A stretch of DNA of 37,254 nt from Ruminiclostridium sp. (GCA_021442645.1 JABUSR010000014.1:1-37254), one strand, 5' to 3'; shown: positions 9,625 through 20,404, numbered from the stretch's first letter. The notes: generated from the sequence alone by a model not told the origin. Program-made: numbers and translations.

Positions 9625-11070
9625 TTAGAAATTGGAATAGATAAACTGGGTTGCTCCGGTCAGGGAGATTACAGACCAGAAGAGGCACACCCCGGCCAGC
9701 ACGCCCCGACGGGCGGTCATGACATGGCTCCGAGCACAGGCCTCCCGCTCCTGAAGGCAAAACAGGAAGGCAAAGGCCATAAAGATCAGGAACATCAGCA
9801 GAGCCACCCGGGAAAAATCCAGCCCCAGCATGCGCACCAACCAGGTCTCCTCAGGGAGGTGGAACTGGCTGAGGAGCTCCGGCGGCAGTGGGCCGAAACT
9901 GCACTGGGCGATAGTCCCGCACAGATCCAGCGCGGACGTTACATCAGGCGCCCGGAAAAAGATCCATGCGAAGGTGACAAAGCCGAAGGTCAGAGCCCAA
10001 GACAGGGCAGGGTGAATCCGCTCCACCCGGTTGCCCAGCAGGCGGTCTGCTACCATAGCGGCCCCGTGGATGCCCCCCCAGAGGACGAAGGACCAATCGG
10101 CCCCGTGCCACAGTCCGGAGACCAGGAAGATAATCATGATATTGAGGCAGGTACGGGCCGTCCCCCTGCGGCTGCCTCCCAAAGGGATGAACAGGTACCG
10201 GGTAAAGAACCGGGTCATGGTCATGTGCCAGCCCTTCCAGAAGCCCCGGATGGTCAAGGCCCGGTAGGGAGCGTCGAAGTTCTCCGGCAGAGTAACCCCC
10301 AGCATCCGGCCAATGCCTCGGGCCATATCGGTGTAACCGGTAAAGTCAAAGTAAAGCTGGAAGCTGTAACAAACGGCCACCACCAGGGCACTGGTGGAAT
10401 CCAGGGCTGCCAGGCTGCTGTAGCCCCAGTCGGTCGCCGCTCCAAAGGTCTGGGCCAAGATGACCTTTTTCCACATCCCCAGGGAAAAGAGCCACAGGCC
10501 CTCGGCCAGTTCCTGGCCAGAGGCCCGTCTGCCTACCTGGGCCCGAATCTGGGGAATGACCTCGCTGTGAAAAGCGATGGGGCCCGAGGCCACACAGGGA
10601 AAGAACGTAACATAGACTGCATATTCCAAGATGCTATAGGGCTCGGCCTCCCCTCGGTAGGCGTCCACCAGGTAGGCAATCTGCTGGAAAGTAAAAAAGC
10701 TGATCCCCAAGGGCAGGAGTATGGCCAAAGCCCCCACGGAGGTCCCAAAGAGTATATTGATGTTCTCCAGCAGGAAGTTGGTGTATTTGAAATAACCCAG
10801 GACACCCAGGTTCCCCAGGATACCCAGGACCAATAGGGCACGTTTTTTCCCGACTCCGACGGTGAGACCCCGGCCCACCAGGAAGTTGAACAGGAGACTG
10901 CCCGTCAGAACAGGCAGGAACAGGAGGCTCCCCAGGGCGTAGAAGACCAGGGATGCTCCCAGCAGGAAGACTTGAGCCGTCCGTCCGTACCCAAATCGGT
11001 TCAGAGCCCGCCAGCCGATGACCGTCACCGGAAGCAGAACAAAAAGAAAGGAATAGCTTTGGAAGGACAC
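9625..11070 (-). CDS. MBOAT family O-acyltransferase (AlgI/DltB-like)
   Basis: LPLGISFFTFQ, YFDFTGY, NFDAPY, FWKGWH, SGLWHGA, FIYSNF; GTG start with RBS GGAGG. Confidence 0.93.
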   Translation of the reverse strand: MSFQSYSFLFVLLPVTVIGWRALNRFGYGRTAQVFLLGASLVFYALGSLLFLPVLTGSLLFNFLVGRGLTVGVGKKRALLVLGILGNLGVLGYFKYTNFLLENINILFGTSVGALAILLPLGISFFTFQQIAYLVDAYRGEAEPYSILEYAVYVTFFPCVASGPIAFHSEVIPQIRAQVGRRASGQELAEGLWLFSLGMWKKVILAQTFGAATDWGYSSLAALDSTSALVVAVCYSFQLYFDFTGYTDMARGIGRMLGVTLPENFDAPYRALTIRGFWKGWHMTMTRFFTRYLFIPLGGSRRGTARTCLNIMIIFLVSGLWHGADWSFVLWGGIHGAAMVADRLLGNRVERIHPALSWALTFGFVTFAWIFFRAPDVTSALDLCGTIAQCSFGPLPPELLSQFHLPEETWLVRMLGLDFSRVALLMFLIFMAFAFLFCLQEREACARSHVMTARRGVLAGVCLFWSVISLTGATQFIYSNF

Positions 11071-11109
11071 GCTCCTCCCCCCTTTTGAAAACAAAATTTC
11101 ACATTTTAT

Positions 11110-11138
11110 AGTATAGCACGAACCTTCCCCGTCGGCAA
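11110..11138 (-). promoter_or_regulatory. SigA promoter of the MBOAT operon
   Basis: TTGCCG-17 bp-TATACT with TGn. Confidence 0.55.
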
Positions 11139-11174
11139 GGCTCTCCCCCTCCTTCGCCTTCCCCTCTGACAAGC

Positions 11175-11213
11175 AAAAAGTCCATGGCTGTGCACAGCAC
11201 AGCCATGGGCTTT
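11175..11213 (-). terminator. Intrinsic terminator of cysE-cysS-DUF5714
   Basis: CCATGGCTGTGC/GCACAGCCATGG stem followed by T-run on the minus strand. Confidence 0.75.
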
Positions 11214-11220
11214 CGATTTC

Positions 11221-11925
11221 TCACAGGTGGTTCGCCGGGTTGAATGAACATGCCTTCTTGTGGCACTGGTTATTGTACCGGGAGTAGCGGCAGGCTATCT
11301 GTCCCAACTCCATCTCCACACCCAGTTCTTCCCGGGTGTATTCCACGGCGCTCCGCAGAGCCACAAAAGCGTTCCGCTTACAGCACCGGGGCCCGCCCAG
11401 CTCCCCCAATTCGGTAAGGACTCTGCCGGTCATAGCGTTAGACATTCCCCACGCCTTGCCTGCTAAAGGGTTAGAACCGGAGACGATAGCCAGATACATC
11501 CCTGCGCTGACCCCTGCGCCGCAGCAGCCCCAGAACCCGCAGGCCCCGCCGGGAACCTTCCGGCCTCGGGCCTGCATCTCTGTCAGGGCGGCGGGCAAAT
11601 CCAGGTCGCCGCCGGCGTTGCGGTAGGCCGTCAGCAGGCTGGCCCCTACCATGACATGGTGTTCGGGTCCGTGCATGTGGCTAAATGGCTGGCCCATAAG
11701 TTTTTCCAGAATCTTGCAGGGATCTTTCCCCGCCTCAGCCAGGCAGATTCCAAAGATTTTGCCCAGTCCCCGGGTGTGGCAGTTGTCACAGACATAGTGG
11801 CCTCTGACGCACCGGGTCTTGCTGCTCTCCTTCTTACGGCAGACGGCACATTCCATGACCTCGTCCCGCTCCAGGTATTCCAGAGGGGCCTTGCAGATGA
11901 GGCATTCCCCATTTTTTGCAGGCAT
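11221..11925 (-). CDS. DUF5714-like Cys-rich protein with N-terminal zinc ribbon
   Basis: HGPEHH, GACGFWGCCGA and GGPRCCKR motifs; 17 Cys in 234 aa; RBS GGAGG before MPAKNG. Confidence 0.75.
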   Translation of the reverse strand: MPAKNGECLICKAPLEYLERDEVMECAVCRKKESSKTRCVRGHYVCDNCHTRGLGKIFGICLAEAGKDPCKILEKLMGQPFSHMHGPEHHVMVGASLLTAYRNAGGDLDLPAALTEMQARGRKVPGGACGFWGCCGAGVSAGMYLAIVSGSNPLAGKAWGMSNAMTGRVLTELGELGGPRCCKRNAFVALRSAVEYTREELGVEMELGQIACRYSRYNNQCHKKACSFNPANHL

Positions 11926-11963
11926 GGCTGTACCTCCTCCCTCGGTTCTCTCCTTCAAGCCGA

Positions 11964-13409
11964 TTAGATTCGGCTCCACTTGGCTCCTCCGGGCACATCG
12001 GTGATCTCAATGCCCTGGGCCTTCAGTTCGTCACGGATTCGGTCAGCCTCGGCGAAGTTTTTGGCTTTCTTTGCCTCGTAGCGCTGCATGACCAAGGTAT
12101 CCACAGCGGGGTCACCCTCTCCCAGGATGGTGTAGCCTCCGGCGGACTTGGCGGCAGCAGCCTTCTCTGCCTCCTTACGCTTGACCTCGGCCTTGGCCAG
12201 CAGGTCCAAGCTCAGGACCTGGTCAAAGTCGTCCAGAACAGCCAGCTTGGTAGCATCGGTCGTCTTGGCCTTCAGCACGTCGTACACGGCGGTCATGGCC
12301 AGTGCAGTGTTCAGGTCGTTGTCCAGGGCAGCCTTAAACTTGTCCTTCAACTCCTGCGCTGCAGCTTCGTCTACTTCTCCGCCGGGCTTCAAATTTGCGA
12401 TACGGCCGATGAGCTTATTGAACGTACCCACGGCGTTATCCAGGTTGTCCCAGCTGAAGACCAGGCCCTTGCGATAGTGGCTCTGGAGGCAGAACATCCG
12501 GTAGACCAAAGGATCGTAGCCCTTCTCCTCCAGCAGGGAGACGGTGAGGAACTCGCCCTTGGACTTGGACATCTTGCCGTCGTTAGTGTTCAGGTGGTGG
12601 ACATGGAACCAGTGGGGGCACCAAGTATGCCCCAGGTAGGATTCGGACTGGGCAATCTCGTTGGTGTGGTGGGGAAACGCATTGTCAATACCGCCGCAGT
12701 GGAGGTCCAAGTACTCGCCGTTGAACTTCATGGAGATACCGGAGCACTCAATGTGCCAACCGGGGTAGCCCTCACCCCAGGGAGAATCCCATTTGAGGGC
12801 CTGGTCCTCGAATTTGGACTTGGTGAACCAGAGGACGAAATCGTTCTTATTCCGCTTGTTGGTGTCCTCTTCCACGCCCTCACGGACGCCCACAGCCAAA
12901 TCCTCCTCATTGTGGTCGTTGAAGACATAGTAGCGGTCCAGCTTGGATGTGTCGAAGTAGACATTTCCTCCGGAGAAGTAGGCGTACTCCTTTTCCATGA
13001 GGGTGGAGACAATGTGGATATAGTCGTCAATAAGGCCGGTAGCGGGTTGGACCACATCGGGGGTCTTGATATTCAGCTTGCGGCAGTCGTCAAAGAAGGC
13101 ATCGGTGTAGAATCTGGCGATATCCATGACGGTCTTGTTCTCCCGCTTGGCGCCCTTGAGCATCTTGTCCTCGCCCTCGTCGGCATCGCTGGTCAGGTGG
13201 CCCACGTCGGTGATATTCATCACGCGGTTGACATCATAACCGGCGTAACGGAGGTACTTCTCCAGCACATCTTCCATGATATAACTGCGGAGATTGCCGA
13301 TGTGGGCGAAGTGGTAGACGGTGGGGCCGCAGGTGTACATCTCCACATGTCCGGGGGTGTGGGTCTGGAATTCTTCCTTTTTTCTGGTAGCAGAATTATA
13401 CAGTTGCAT
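11964..13409 (-). CDS. cysS: Cysteinyl-tRNA synthetase
   Basis: CGPTVY, HIGN, PGWHIECS, KMSKS motifs. Confidence 0.97.
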   Translation of the reverse strand: MQLYNSATRKKEEFQTHTPGHVEMYTCGPTVYHFAHIGNLRSYIMEDVLEKYLRYAGYDVNRVMNITDVGHLTSDADEGEDKMLKGAKRENKTVMDIARFYTDAFFDDCRKLNIKTPDVVQPATGLIDDYIHIVSTLMEKEYAYFSGGNVYFDTSKLDRYYVFNDHNEEDLAVGVREGVEEDTNKRNKNDFVLWFTKSKFEDQALKWDSPWGEGYPGWHIECSGISMKFNGEYLDLHCGGIDNAFPHHTNEIAQSESYLGHTWCPHWFHVHHLNTNDGKMSKSKGEFLTVSLLEEKGYDPLVYRMFCLQSHYRKGLVFSWDNLDNAVGTFNKLIGRIANLKPGGEVDEAAAQELKDKFKAALDNDLNTALAMTAVYDVLKAKTTDATKLAVLDDFDQVLSLDLLAKAEVKRKEAEKAAAAKSAGGYTILGEGDPAVDTLVMQRYEAKKAKNFAEADRIRDELKAQGIEITDVPGGAKWSRI

Positions 13410-14115
13410 GATTATTCTCTCCTTTTTCATTGGTCAGCTGCAGGAGTTCCTCCCGATGATCCTCCTCAGGGTGGGCTTTCAGATACTGCTCATCCAACAG
13501 CTTTTCCACCAGTTCCAGGCGGGAGGACATAGCCATAAGGCGTTCCAGAAGGGGGTTTTCCACGTTAATCTGGTCCACAGCATCGGCGAAGTGGACGACC
13601 TCGCCCTGGACGCGCACCACCTGGGCAGGGACGCCGACAGCCGTGCTGTCAGGCGGGACCTCGCTCAGGACCACGGAACCGGCCGCAATACGGGCGTTAT
13701 CCCCCACAGTGAAGGGGCCCAAGATGCGGGCACCGTTGCCCACCAGAACGTTGTTTCCCAAGGTGGGATGTCGTTTCCCCTTGTCCTTGCCGGTACCGCC
13801 CAGGGTGACACCGTGGTAGATCAGGCAGTCATCGCCCACCTCAGCGGTCTCGCCGATGACGATCCCCATGCCATGGTCGATGACGAAACGTCGACCGATT
13901 TTGGCACCGGGATGGATCTCAATGCCCGTCCAGAAACGGCTCCACTGGGAGATAGCACGGGCAAGGAATTTCAGGTTATGGTTGTAGCATGCATGTGCAA
14001 TGCGGTGGTAGATGGTGGCATGGACACCGGGGTAGAGGAGGAAAACCTCCAGCTTACTCCGGGCCGCCGGGTCACGGGCCTGATAGGCGCCAAGGGTTTC
14101 AAGCAAATGGGGCAT
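13396..14115 (-). CDS. cysE: Serine O-acetyltransferase
   Basis: RDPAA, TGIEIHPGA, IDHGMG, KRHPTLG hexapeptide-repeat motifs. Confidence 0.95.
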   Translation of the reverse strand: MPHLLETLGAYQARDPAARSKLEVFLLYPGVHATIYHRIAHACYNHNLKFLARAISQWSRFWTGIEIHPGAKIGRRFVIDHGMGIVIGETAEVGDDCLIYHGVTLGGTGKDKGKRHPTLGNNVLVGNGARILGPFTVGDNARIAAGSVVLSEVPPDSTAVGVPAQVVRVQGEVVHFADAVDQINVENPLLERLMAMSSRLELVEKLLDEQYLKAHPEEDHREELLQLTNEKGENNHATV

Positions 14116-14169
14116 AATGCGGGTCACCTCGAAAATCAGAAATACGGTTGGTCGCTCGGGTACCGCAGG

Positions 14170-14405
14170 CAAAAGAAAAAGTCCCCTCTCACCCACGGCG
14201 GGTCAAGAGGCGACTGTTACGATCGCGGTTCCACTCTTTTTTATCACTTAAAGGGCCGGTAACGGTGCCAAACCGGGGGGCATCTGTATCCCCCTCGCTC
14301 CCGGGCGCACTTTCCCGCCCCTCCACGCAGGGCGGCTTGCAGTCGGTGGCCGCCCCTCTCTGTCCGCTTCTGGCACAGTACTCTTCCCGTTCAACACGAG
14401 ATGCA
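14170..14405 (-). ncRNA. Cysteine T-box leader
   Basis: Stem I with specifier GAAAG-UGC (Cys codon, 14307-14309); T-box AGAGUGGAACCGCG (14224-14237), whose UGGA fits tRNA-Cys UCCA; terminator with U-run before cysE. Confidence 0.9.
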
Positions 14406-14423
14406 ATTGTCTATAGTACCAGT

Positions 14424-14452
14424 ATATTATCACGCCCTGCTGAGGGTGTCAA
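14424..14452 (-). promoter_or_regulatory. SigA promoter of the T-box leader
   Basis: TTGACA-17 bp-TAATAT. Confidence 0.75.
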
Positions 14453-14474
14453 GGGGGCATGGGGCCTCACCCGC

Positions 14475-14503
14475 AAAAAAGCGGACCGTTTCCGGTCCGC
14501 TTT
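14475..14503 (-). terminator. Intrinsic terminator ending the recA cluster
   Basis: AAAGCGGACCG/CGGTCCGCTTT hairpin with T-run on the minus strand. Confidence 0.75.
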
Positions 14504-14509
14504 GCGGTT

Positions 14510-14728
14510 TCAGTTGCCCAGCAGGAAATCCAGCACGTTCCAGCCGTCAGAGGTCTGACTCCGGTATAGCTCGGTGAAACCGCACCGCCGGCAGCTAATG
14601 GTGATAAATTTCTTATTCTGCACATCGAAGATTTTGGCAAAGTTCCCGCCGGTGGCCTGGAACTGGTCATGGTCAAAATATGCATAGCCGCACTTAGGGC
14701 AGCTGTAGTGCTGATTATTGGGTCCCAT
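14510..14728 (-). CDS. Small zinc-ribbon protein (zinc_ribbon_13/YpzJ-like)
   Basis: CPKC...KIFDVQNKKF...CRRCGFTELY; RBS AAGGAG. Confidence 0.8.
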   Translation of the reverse strand: MGPNNQHYSCPKCGYAYFDHDQFQATGGNFAKIFDVQNKKFITISCRRCGFTELYRSQTSDGWNVLDFLLGN

Positions 14729-14782
14729 GGTAATCTCTCCTTTCTAATCTGCTTGAAGGATAGTAACAGACGCCTCAGGGCT

Positions 14783-15301
14783 TTACAAATCCCCATTGAG
14801 CAAAACGTCCTTGTTCTTCATGAAGTACTCGATGCCGGAGTAGACAGTGGTAACCAGAATAACCGTCACGCAGAGGGCTATGAGGGTTTTGTTGGGGAAA
14901 GCCAGCATCAGGATAATACCCACCATTGTGGACGCCGTCTTGACCTTGCCGGACCAACCTGCAGCAATGACCCGGCCCTGCTCAACGGCTACCAGCCGCA
15001 GACCGGTGACAGCGAATTCCCGGGCAAGAACGATAAAGAATGCCCACCCGGGCATCCAGCCCACTTCCACAAACCAGGCCATAGCAGAGATGACCAGGAG
15101 CTTATCCGCCAGGGGATCCATGAACTTACCAAAATCGGTGACCTGGTGGTAGTGGCGAGCCACATAGCCGTCCACAAAGTCTGTAACACTGGCCAGGATG
15201 AAGACAAGGACGGCGGGGATGGTCGCCTCCAAGTAAAGCAGAACAATGAACACAGGGATGAGAACCACCCGAATCATGGTGAGTTTGTTCGCAGTATTCA
15301 T
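14783..15301 (-). CDS. pgsA: CDP-diacylglycerol-glycerol-3-phosphate phosphatidyltransferase
   Basis: DFVDGYVAR...GKFMDPLADK CDP-alcohol phosphotransferase motif. Confidence 0.95.
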   Translation of the reverse strand: MNTANKLTMIRVVLIPVFIVLLYLEATIPAVLVFILASVTDFVDGYVARHYHQVTDFGKFMDPLADKLLVISAMAWFVEVGWMPGWAFFIVLAREFAVTGLRLVAVEQGRVIAAGWSGKVKTASTMVGIILMLAFPNKTLIALCVTVILVTTVYSGIEYFMKNKDVLLNGDL

Positions 15302-16638
15302 GTTTCTTCCTCCTCGTTGTCAATGACGCCGATGAGCTCGCCGTCGTATGTCGCAGTAATCTTCACCCGATAGATTCCACCGGGGCGGACGCCCCCCTCT
15401 TCTCCCTCAAAGTGGACGACGCCGTCGATGCCGGGGGAATCGTACTCACTGCGTCCGAAGAAGAGCTCGGTCTCGTCGTCGTAGCCCTCGCAGAGGACCC
15501 GGAGGGTCCTGCCCACCTGGCTCTCACAGAACTCGTCTACCACGCGGAGCTGCAGGTCAGTGATGAGCTCTACCCGGCGGCGCTTCACATCCTCGTCCAC
15601 CTGGTCAGGCAGGTTGACAGCGGGGCTTCCCGCCTCAGGGGAATAGGGGAAGACCCCGGCCCGTTCAATCTTCTGCTCCAGCAGGAATTCGCAGAGCTCC
15701 TCAAAGTCCTCGTCAGTCTCCCCGGGGAAGCCGGCGATGAGGCTGGTCCGCAGGACCAGCCCAGGAATACGGTCCCGAAGCTTGCGGAACAGGGCCCGAA
15801 TCTCGTCTCCGGTGCCCCGACGGTGCATGGCCCGCAACATCCGGTCGCTGATATGCTGGATGGGCAGATCGATGTATTTGACGATCTTGGGCTCGCTGGC
15901 GATAACATCAATGAGCTCGTCGGTAATCTCATCGGGATAGAGGTAATGAAGGCGAATCCACTCCACGCCCTCAATGGCGCAGAGCTTGGGCAGAAGCTCC
16001 GCCAGAGTCCGCCGCCCGTAAAGGTCCAGACCATAGCGGGTGGTATCCTGGGCCACTACGATGAGCTCCTTCATCCCGGCCTCGACCAAACTCCTGGCTT
16101 CCTCTAATATCTTCTCCTCCGGGCGGCTTCGGAATCTGCCCCGGATGTAGGGGATGACACAGTATGCGCACCGATTGTCACAGCCCTCGGCGATGCGGAG
16201 CCAAGCCCAGTGGTCGGACGTGCAGACCACCCGATCCACCTCAGGCACAGGGGCGTGGATGTCCCCAAAGAGAGATGCCTTCTCCCCTCTCTCCAACTGC
16301 CCCAGGAGCTTCCCGATGTCCTCGTAGCCCCCCACGCCGATGAAGCCATCGGCATCAGGGCAGAGCTGTTCCAATTCCTCCCGCTTCCACTGTGCCATAC
16401 AGCCGCTGACGATAATCTTTTCCAGCTTACCGGCACGCTTCCGCTCGACCAGAGCCTCGATCTCGGCCAGAGCCTCCTGTCGGGCTTCCTCCAGGAATCC
16501 GCAGGTATTCACCACCACGGCGTCGCAGTCCTCGGCCCCCAGGGCCACCTCGTACCCGGCCTCATAGGTCTGCCAGATCATCTGCTCGCAGTTGACCTGG
16601 TTCTTCGCACAGCCAAGGGAGATAAATCCAACTTTCAC
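15298..16638 (-). CDS. rimO: Ribosomal protein S12 methylthiotransferase
   Basis: LGCAKNQV, NTCGF, radical SAM motif CDNRCAYC, C-terminal TRAM domain. Confidence 0.93.
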   Translation of the reverse strand: MKVGFISLGCAKNQVNCEQMIWQTYEAGYEVALGAEDCDAVVVNTCGFLEEARQEALAEIEALVERKRAGKLEKIIVSGCMAQWKREELEQLCPDADGFIGVGGYEDIGKLLGQLERGEKASLFGDIHAPVPEVDRVVCTSDHWAWLRIAEGCDNRCAYCVIPYIRGRFRSRPEEKILEEARSLVEAGMKELIVVAQDTTRYGLDLYGRRTLAELLPKLCAIEGVEWIRLHYLYPDEITDELIDVIASEPKIVKYIDLPIQHISDRMLRAMHRRGTGDEIRALFRKLRDRIPGLVLRTSLIAGFPGETDEDFEELCEFLLEQKIERAGVFPYSPEAGSPAVNLPDQVDEDVKRRRVELITDLQLRVVDEFCESQVGRTLRVLCEGYDDETELFFGRSEYDSPGIDGVVHFEGEEGGVRPGGIYRVKITATYDGELIGVIDNEEEET

Positions 16639-16662
16639 TGTGATCCTCCTATCTGTATCCTG

Positions 16663-17283
16663 TCAGTGCCCGTCCCGCCAGGCCCGGCGGGATCGCTCAA
16701 TCCCCTCCGACACCTGCTCCCAGGTAAATCCCCGGCGCATCAGTGCGTCGGCGGCCTTCTTTACCTGCTTGCGGTCCTCGGGATCGGTGAGCTTCCGGGC
16801 CAGGAAGGCATCGATGGCCTCCTCCGGTCCGTCCAATGCCGCCAGAGCCTCCTCCCAGTGTTCCCGGGGGACCCTTCGACGGCGGAATTCGGCTTTGATT
16901 TTATAAACGCCCCAGCCCCGTGACTGACCATGCCGGGCCAGAGCCATGGCGTATTCTCTATCGTTGAGCAGACCGACGTCCTCGGCCCAGGCCACAATCT
17001 CCTCCGTCTGAACGGGTTCAGCCCCCCGGGCCGCCAGCTTTTCCGCCAACATCCCGGTGGAAAGGATCCGCCCCGTTAGCAGGGTAATGGCATAATCCCG
17101 CAGAGCAGCAAATCGAACGGCCGTCCGGAGTTCCTTCAGAGTTTCCTCCTCCAGGATCTTTCCGGTACAGAGGGCGAAGTCAGCCGCCACGCCCTCCCCT
17201 ACCTTCAGGGTCTCTCCCCCCTCCAGGTGCAGAGTCCACGGCTTTCCCGGTCGGGCCGGAGGCACCAGGGCCTCAATCTTCAT
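16663..17283 (-). CDS. recX: Regulatory protein RecX
   Basis: Directly follows recA; [24 protein letters not shown] motifs. Confidence 0.85.
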   Translation of the reverse strand: MKIEALVPPARPGKPWTLHLEGGETLKVGEGVAADFALCTGKILEEETLKELRTAVRFAALRDYAITLLTGRILSTGMLAEKLAARGAEPVQTEEIVAWAEDVGLLNDREYAMALARHGQSRGWGVYKIKAEFRRRRVPREHWEEALAALDGPEEAIDAFLARKLTDPEDRKQVKKAADALMRRGFTWEQVSEGIERSRRAWRDGH

Positions 17284-18442
17284 CGTCGAAGTCGTCGGCA
17301 CTCACGTCGATGCCCCGGGGGGCAGCGGCAGCAGTTCTGGGCTGAGCGGCGTGGGTAACGGCATTCTCCTGGGGCGCCCGCCCAGCGGCCCGGGCAGCAG
17401 CCTGTCCCTGGGCACTGAGGAGCTTAAAGGCATTCTCCCGGATCTGCTGCTCCACATAGTCGCAGAGGTCCGGGTTGTCTTTCAAGTATTGCTTGGCAGC
17501 ATCACGGCCCTGTCCGATGCGTTCCTCGCCCATGGAAAACCAGGACCCGCTCTTCTGGATGATGTCCAACTTTACAGCCAGGTCGACCATTTCCCCGTAC
17601 TTGGAGATGCCCTCGCCGTACATGATGTCGAACTCGGCCTCCCGGAAGGGAGGTGCAACTTTATTTTTGACCACTTTAGCCCGGGTGCGGTTGCCGATGA
17701 CCTCACCGCCGGCCTTGATGGCCTCTATCCGGCGCACATCAATACGGACGGAGGCGTAGAACTTCAGGGCCCGGCCACCGGTGGTAACCTCGGGATTGCC
17801 GTACATAACACCCACCTTTTCCCGGAGCTGGTTGATAAAGATGACCACGCAGTTTGTCTTGGAGATAGACCCGGCCAGCTTTCGCAGGGCTTGGCTCATG
17901 AGGCGGGCCAGAAGACCCACATGGGAGTCTCCCATGTCACCCTCGATTTCAGCCCGGGGCACCAGGGCAGCCACGGAGTCCACCACAATGACGTCCAAAG
18001 CGCCGGAGCGCACCAAGGCCTCGCAGATCTCCAGGCCCTGCTCGCCGGTGTCGGGCTGAGCGATGAGCATGTTCTCGATGTCCACGCCCAGGGCCCGGGC
18101 ATAGGTGGGATCCAAGGCGTGCTCTGCGTCGATGAAGGCCACCTCGCCGCCCCTCTTCTGGGCCTCTGCAGCAATGTGGAGCGCCAGGGTAGTCTTACCG
18201 GAGGATTCGGGGCCATAAATCTCGATGATCCGTCCCCGGGGGACGCCGCCGATGCCCAGAGCCAGGTCCAATGCCAAAGATCCGGTGGGGATGCCCTCAA
18301 CCATAGCCCTGTTGTTGTCTCCCAGGCGCATGATAGAACCCTTGCCGTAGGTCCGCTCAATCTGGGCCATAGCGGTCTCCAGGGCTTTTTTCTTATCGGA
18401 GGCCGGGGCTGCGGACTCCACTGTCTTCTTCTTTTCTGCCAT
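17273..18442 (-). CDS. recA: Recombinase RecA
   Basis: [34 protein letters not shown]. Confidence 0.99.
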   Translation of the reverse strand: MAEKKKTVESAAPASDKKKALETAMAQIERTYGKGSIMRLGDNNRAMVEGIPTGSLALDLALGIGGVPRGRIIEIYGPESSGKTTLALHIAAEAQKRGGEVAFIDAEHALDPTYARALGVDIENMLIAQPDTGEQGLEICEALVRSGALDVIVVDSVAALVPRAEIEGDMGDSHVGLLARLMSQALRKLAGSISKTNCVVIFINQLREKVGVMYGNPEVTTGGRALKFYASVRIDVRRIEAIKAGGEVIGNRTRAKVVKNKVAPPFREAEFDIMYGEGISKYGEMVDLAVKLDIIQKSGSWFSMGEERIGQGRDAAKQYLKDNPDLCDYVEQQIRENAFKLLSAQGQAAARAAGRAPQENAVTHAAQPRTAAAAPRGIDVSADDFDDED

Positions 18443-18444
18443 AG

Positions 18445-19356
18445 TCAACTCTCCTCCTGCTTTCTCTCGCGGGGTTCGTCGGGGATCTCCCGTTCCATGG
18501 GCTTCCGCCCTTCAACCACCCGGTCGATCCCGCCGGTGTCCCGGGTGATTCGAATCTGTTCAAAGCCGGCCTCCCGGAGCAGCATCCCCACCTTTTTAGA
18601 CTGGTCGATGCCCACCTCATACACCAGGTGTCCGCCGGGCTTTAATGCCGGCATCCAGAGGGTGGTAATGGCCCGGTAGAAGTCCAGGCCGTCCTCCCCA
18701 CCGTCCAGAGCCATAAGGGGCTCATAGTCCTTCACAGAGCTGTCCAGCCCGGGGATATCCCCGGAGGGGATGTAGGGGGGATTACACACCAGCATGTCGA
18801 ACTGCCCCAGGGCATGACTGGGTGCCTGGAGCGCGTCTCCCCTCATGTGGACCACCCGGCCGGTGAGGTTGTGGCGGCGGATGTTCTTCTTACAGAGCTC
18901 CAGCGCCCCGGCAGACAGGTCTACCAGCACCACCCGGGCGTTTTTCAACCGCTGAGCGATGGTGATACCCACGCACCCCGATCCTGCGCAGAGGTCCAGT
19001 ACCCGCAGATTGCCGGTCTCCCGACGGAGGCGGTCTACGGCAATGTTGGCCAGCATCTCGGTGTCAATGCGGGGGATGAGCACGTTTTCGTTCACGTGGA
19101 AATTCAGGCCGCAGAAGGCCCACTCCCCCACGATGTAGGCCACAGGCTCTCCGGCTTCCCGCCGGGCGGCCATGGCCGACGCTGTCTCGATAATCTCATC
19201 GGTGGTGTAGATATTCATATCCTGCAGGAACTTCTCCGGGGTCTTCCCGGAGGCCGCACAGAGGATCTCCCTGGCCTCCAGCCGGGCGGCCTCGATGCCC
19301 ACTGCTGCCAGGCGTTTATTGATGATATAGTATAGATCTAAGTAAGTTACGGCCAC
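18445..19356 (-). CDS. prmC: Release factor glutamine methyltransferase
   Basis: [35 protein letters not shown]. Confidence 0.93.
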   Translation of the reverse strand: MAVTYLDLYYIINKRLAAVGIEAARLEAREILCAASGKTPEKFLQDMNIYTTDEIIETASAMAARREAGEPVAYIVGEWAFCGLNFHVNENVLIPRIDTEMLANIAVDRLRRETGNLRVLDLCAGSGCVGITIAQRLKNARVVLVDLSAGALELCKKNIRRHNLTGRVVHMRGDALQAPSHALGQFDMLVCNPPYIPSGDIPGLDSSVKDYEPLMALDGGEDGLDFYRAITTLWMPALKPGGHLVYEVGIDQSKKVGMLLREAGFEQIRITRDTGGIDRVVEGRKPMEREIPDEPRERKQEES

Positions 19357-19405
19357 AGTTCACACCCCAATCCGGTCATTGTATCGTATCGTGCCAGTCG
19401 CTTTT

Positions 19406-20404
19406 TTACCAGGCATCGTCGCCTGCCTTCCGGGGCAGGACCAGTGTCAGAGCCTCGATGGCCACCTCCAGCATGGAATCGTCCGGCTCGAAGGTGGTGA
19501 AATTCTGCATCCACAGGCCGGGGGCCGACAGAAAACGGGTCACCGGGTTATCGTGGCGCCCAATGAAGCGGTTAATCTCGTAGGTCACTGAGACCACCAG
19601 GGGCAACAACACCAGGTGGAGCAGAATTCGCACCACGGGATTGGCGGCCACGTCCCGGATTCCAGGCAGGGCAAATACCACGCAGGCAGCCAGCACAGCA
19701 ACGACAATGACCACGAAGAGGAAGCTGGTGCCGCACCGGGGGTGGTGCCGCGGCATCTCCCGGGCGTTTTCCACGGTGAGATCCAGACCCCGCTCATAGC
19801 AGAAGATGGTCTTGTGCTCCGCCCCATGGTACTGGAAAGTCCGCCGGATATCCTTCAGGCGGGAACAGAGGATCAGATAGACAAAGAAGATAATCAGCTT
19901 GACCACGCCCTCCAGCAGGTTCCGGACCCACATGGGTGCATCGGGGAAAAAGTGGAGCAGGGCGGTAGTGGCCAGGGTGGGCAGAATGATGAACAGCAGG
20001 ATGGAAAAGCCAATGCCCGCTGCCACAGCCACGCCGATAATCCACTTCATAAGGGTCTCAGAGCCAAAGTGGCGCTCCAGCCACTGCTCGAAGGGGGAGA
20101 GTTCCTCCTCCTCATCCTCGGGGTAGAACTCCGCCGACCACATGAGGGCCTTGACGCCGTTGACCAGGGACCCCAGGAATGTGAAGACCCCACGGATGAA
20201 AGGGACTCCCAGTATGGGGTGCTTGTCCTTGATGAGCCTGAGCTCCTCCTCCCGGACCTCCAGGCCGCCCTCCTGGTTTCTCACCACGGTGGCCTGCTTC
20301 TGGGGTCCGCGCATGAGGATACCCTCGATGAGGGCCTGTCCTCCTATGGTGGTGCGGAAGGCACAGCTTTGGTCGGCTGCGCCGCAGGTGGTTTTACGTT
20401 CCAT
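19406..20404 (-). CDS. DUF1385 family membrane protein
   Basis: GGQALIEG, FQYHGAEHK, HPRCGTSF motifs; usual position upstream of prmC. Confidence 0.88.
   Translation of the reverse strand: MERKTTCGAADQSCAFRTTIGGQALIEGILMRGPQKQATVVRNQEGGLEVREEELRLIKDKHPILGVPFIRGVFTFLGSLVNGVKALMWSAEFYPEDEEEELSPFEQWLERHFGSETLMKWIIGVAVAAGIGFSILLFIILPTLATTALLHFFPDAPMWVRNLLEGVVKLIIFFVYLILCSRLKDIRRTFQYHGAEHKTIFCYERGLDLTVENAREMPRHHPRCGTSFLFVVIVVAVLAACVVFALPGIRDVAANPVVRILLHLVLLPLVVSVTYEINRFIGRHDNPVTRFLSAPGLWMQNFTTFEPDDSMLEVAIEALTLVLPRKAGDDAW

Noticed and set aside
2973-18442. Inteins or introns in nrdD or recA
   Set aside because: Both have normal length and contiguous motifs. The absence of nrdG beside nrdD is common and it is probably elsewhere.
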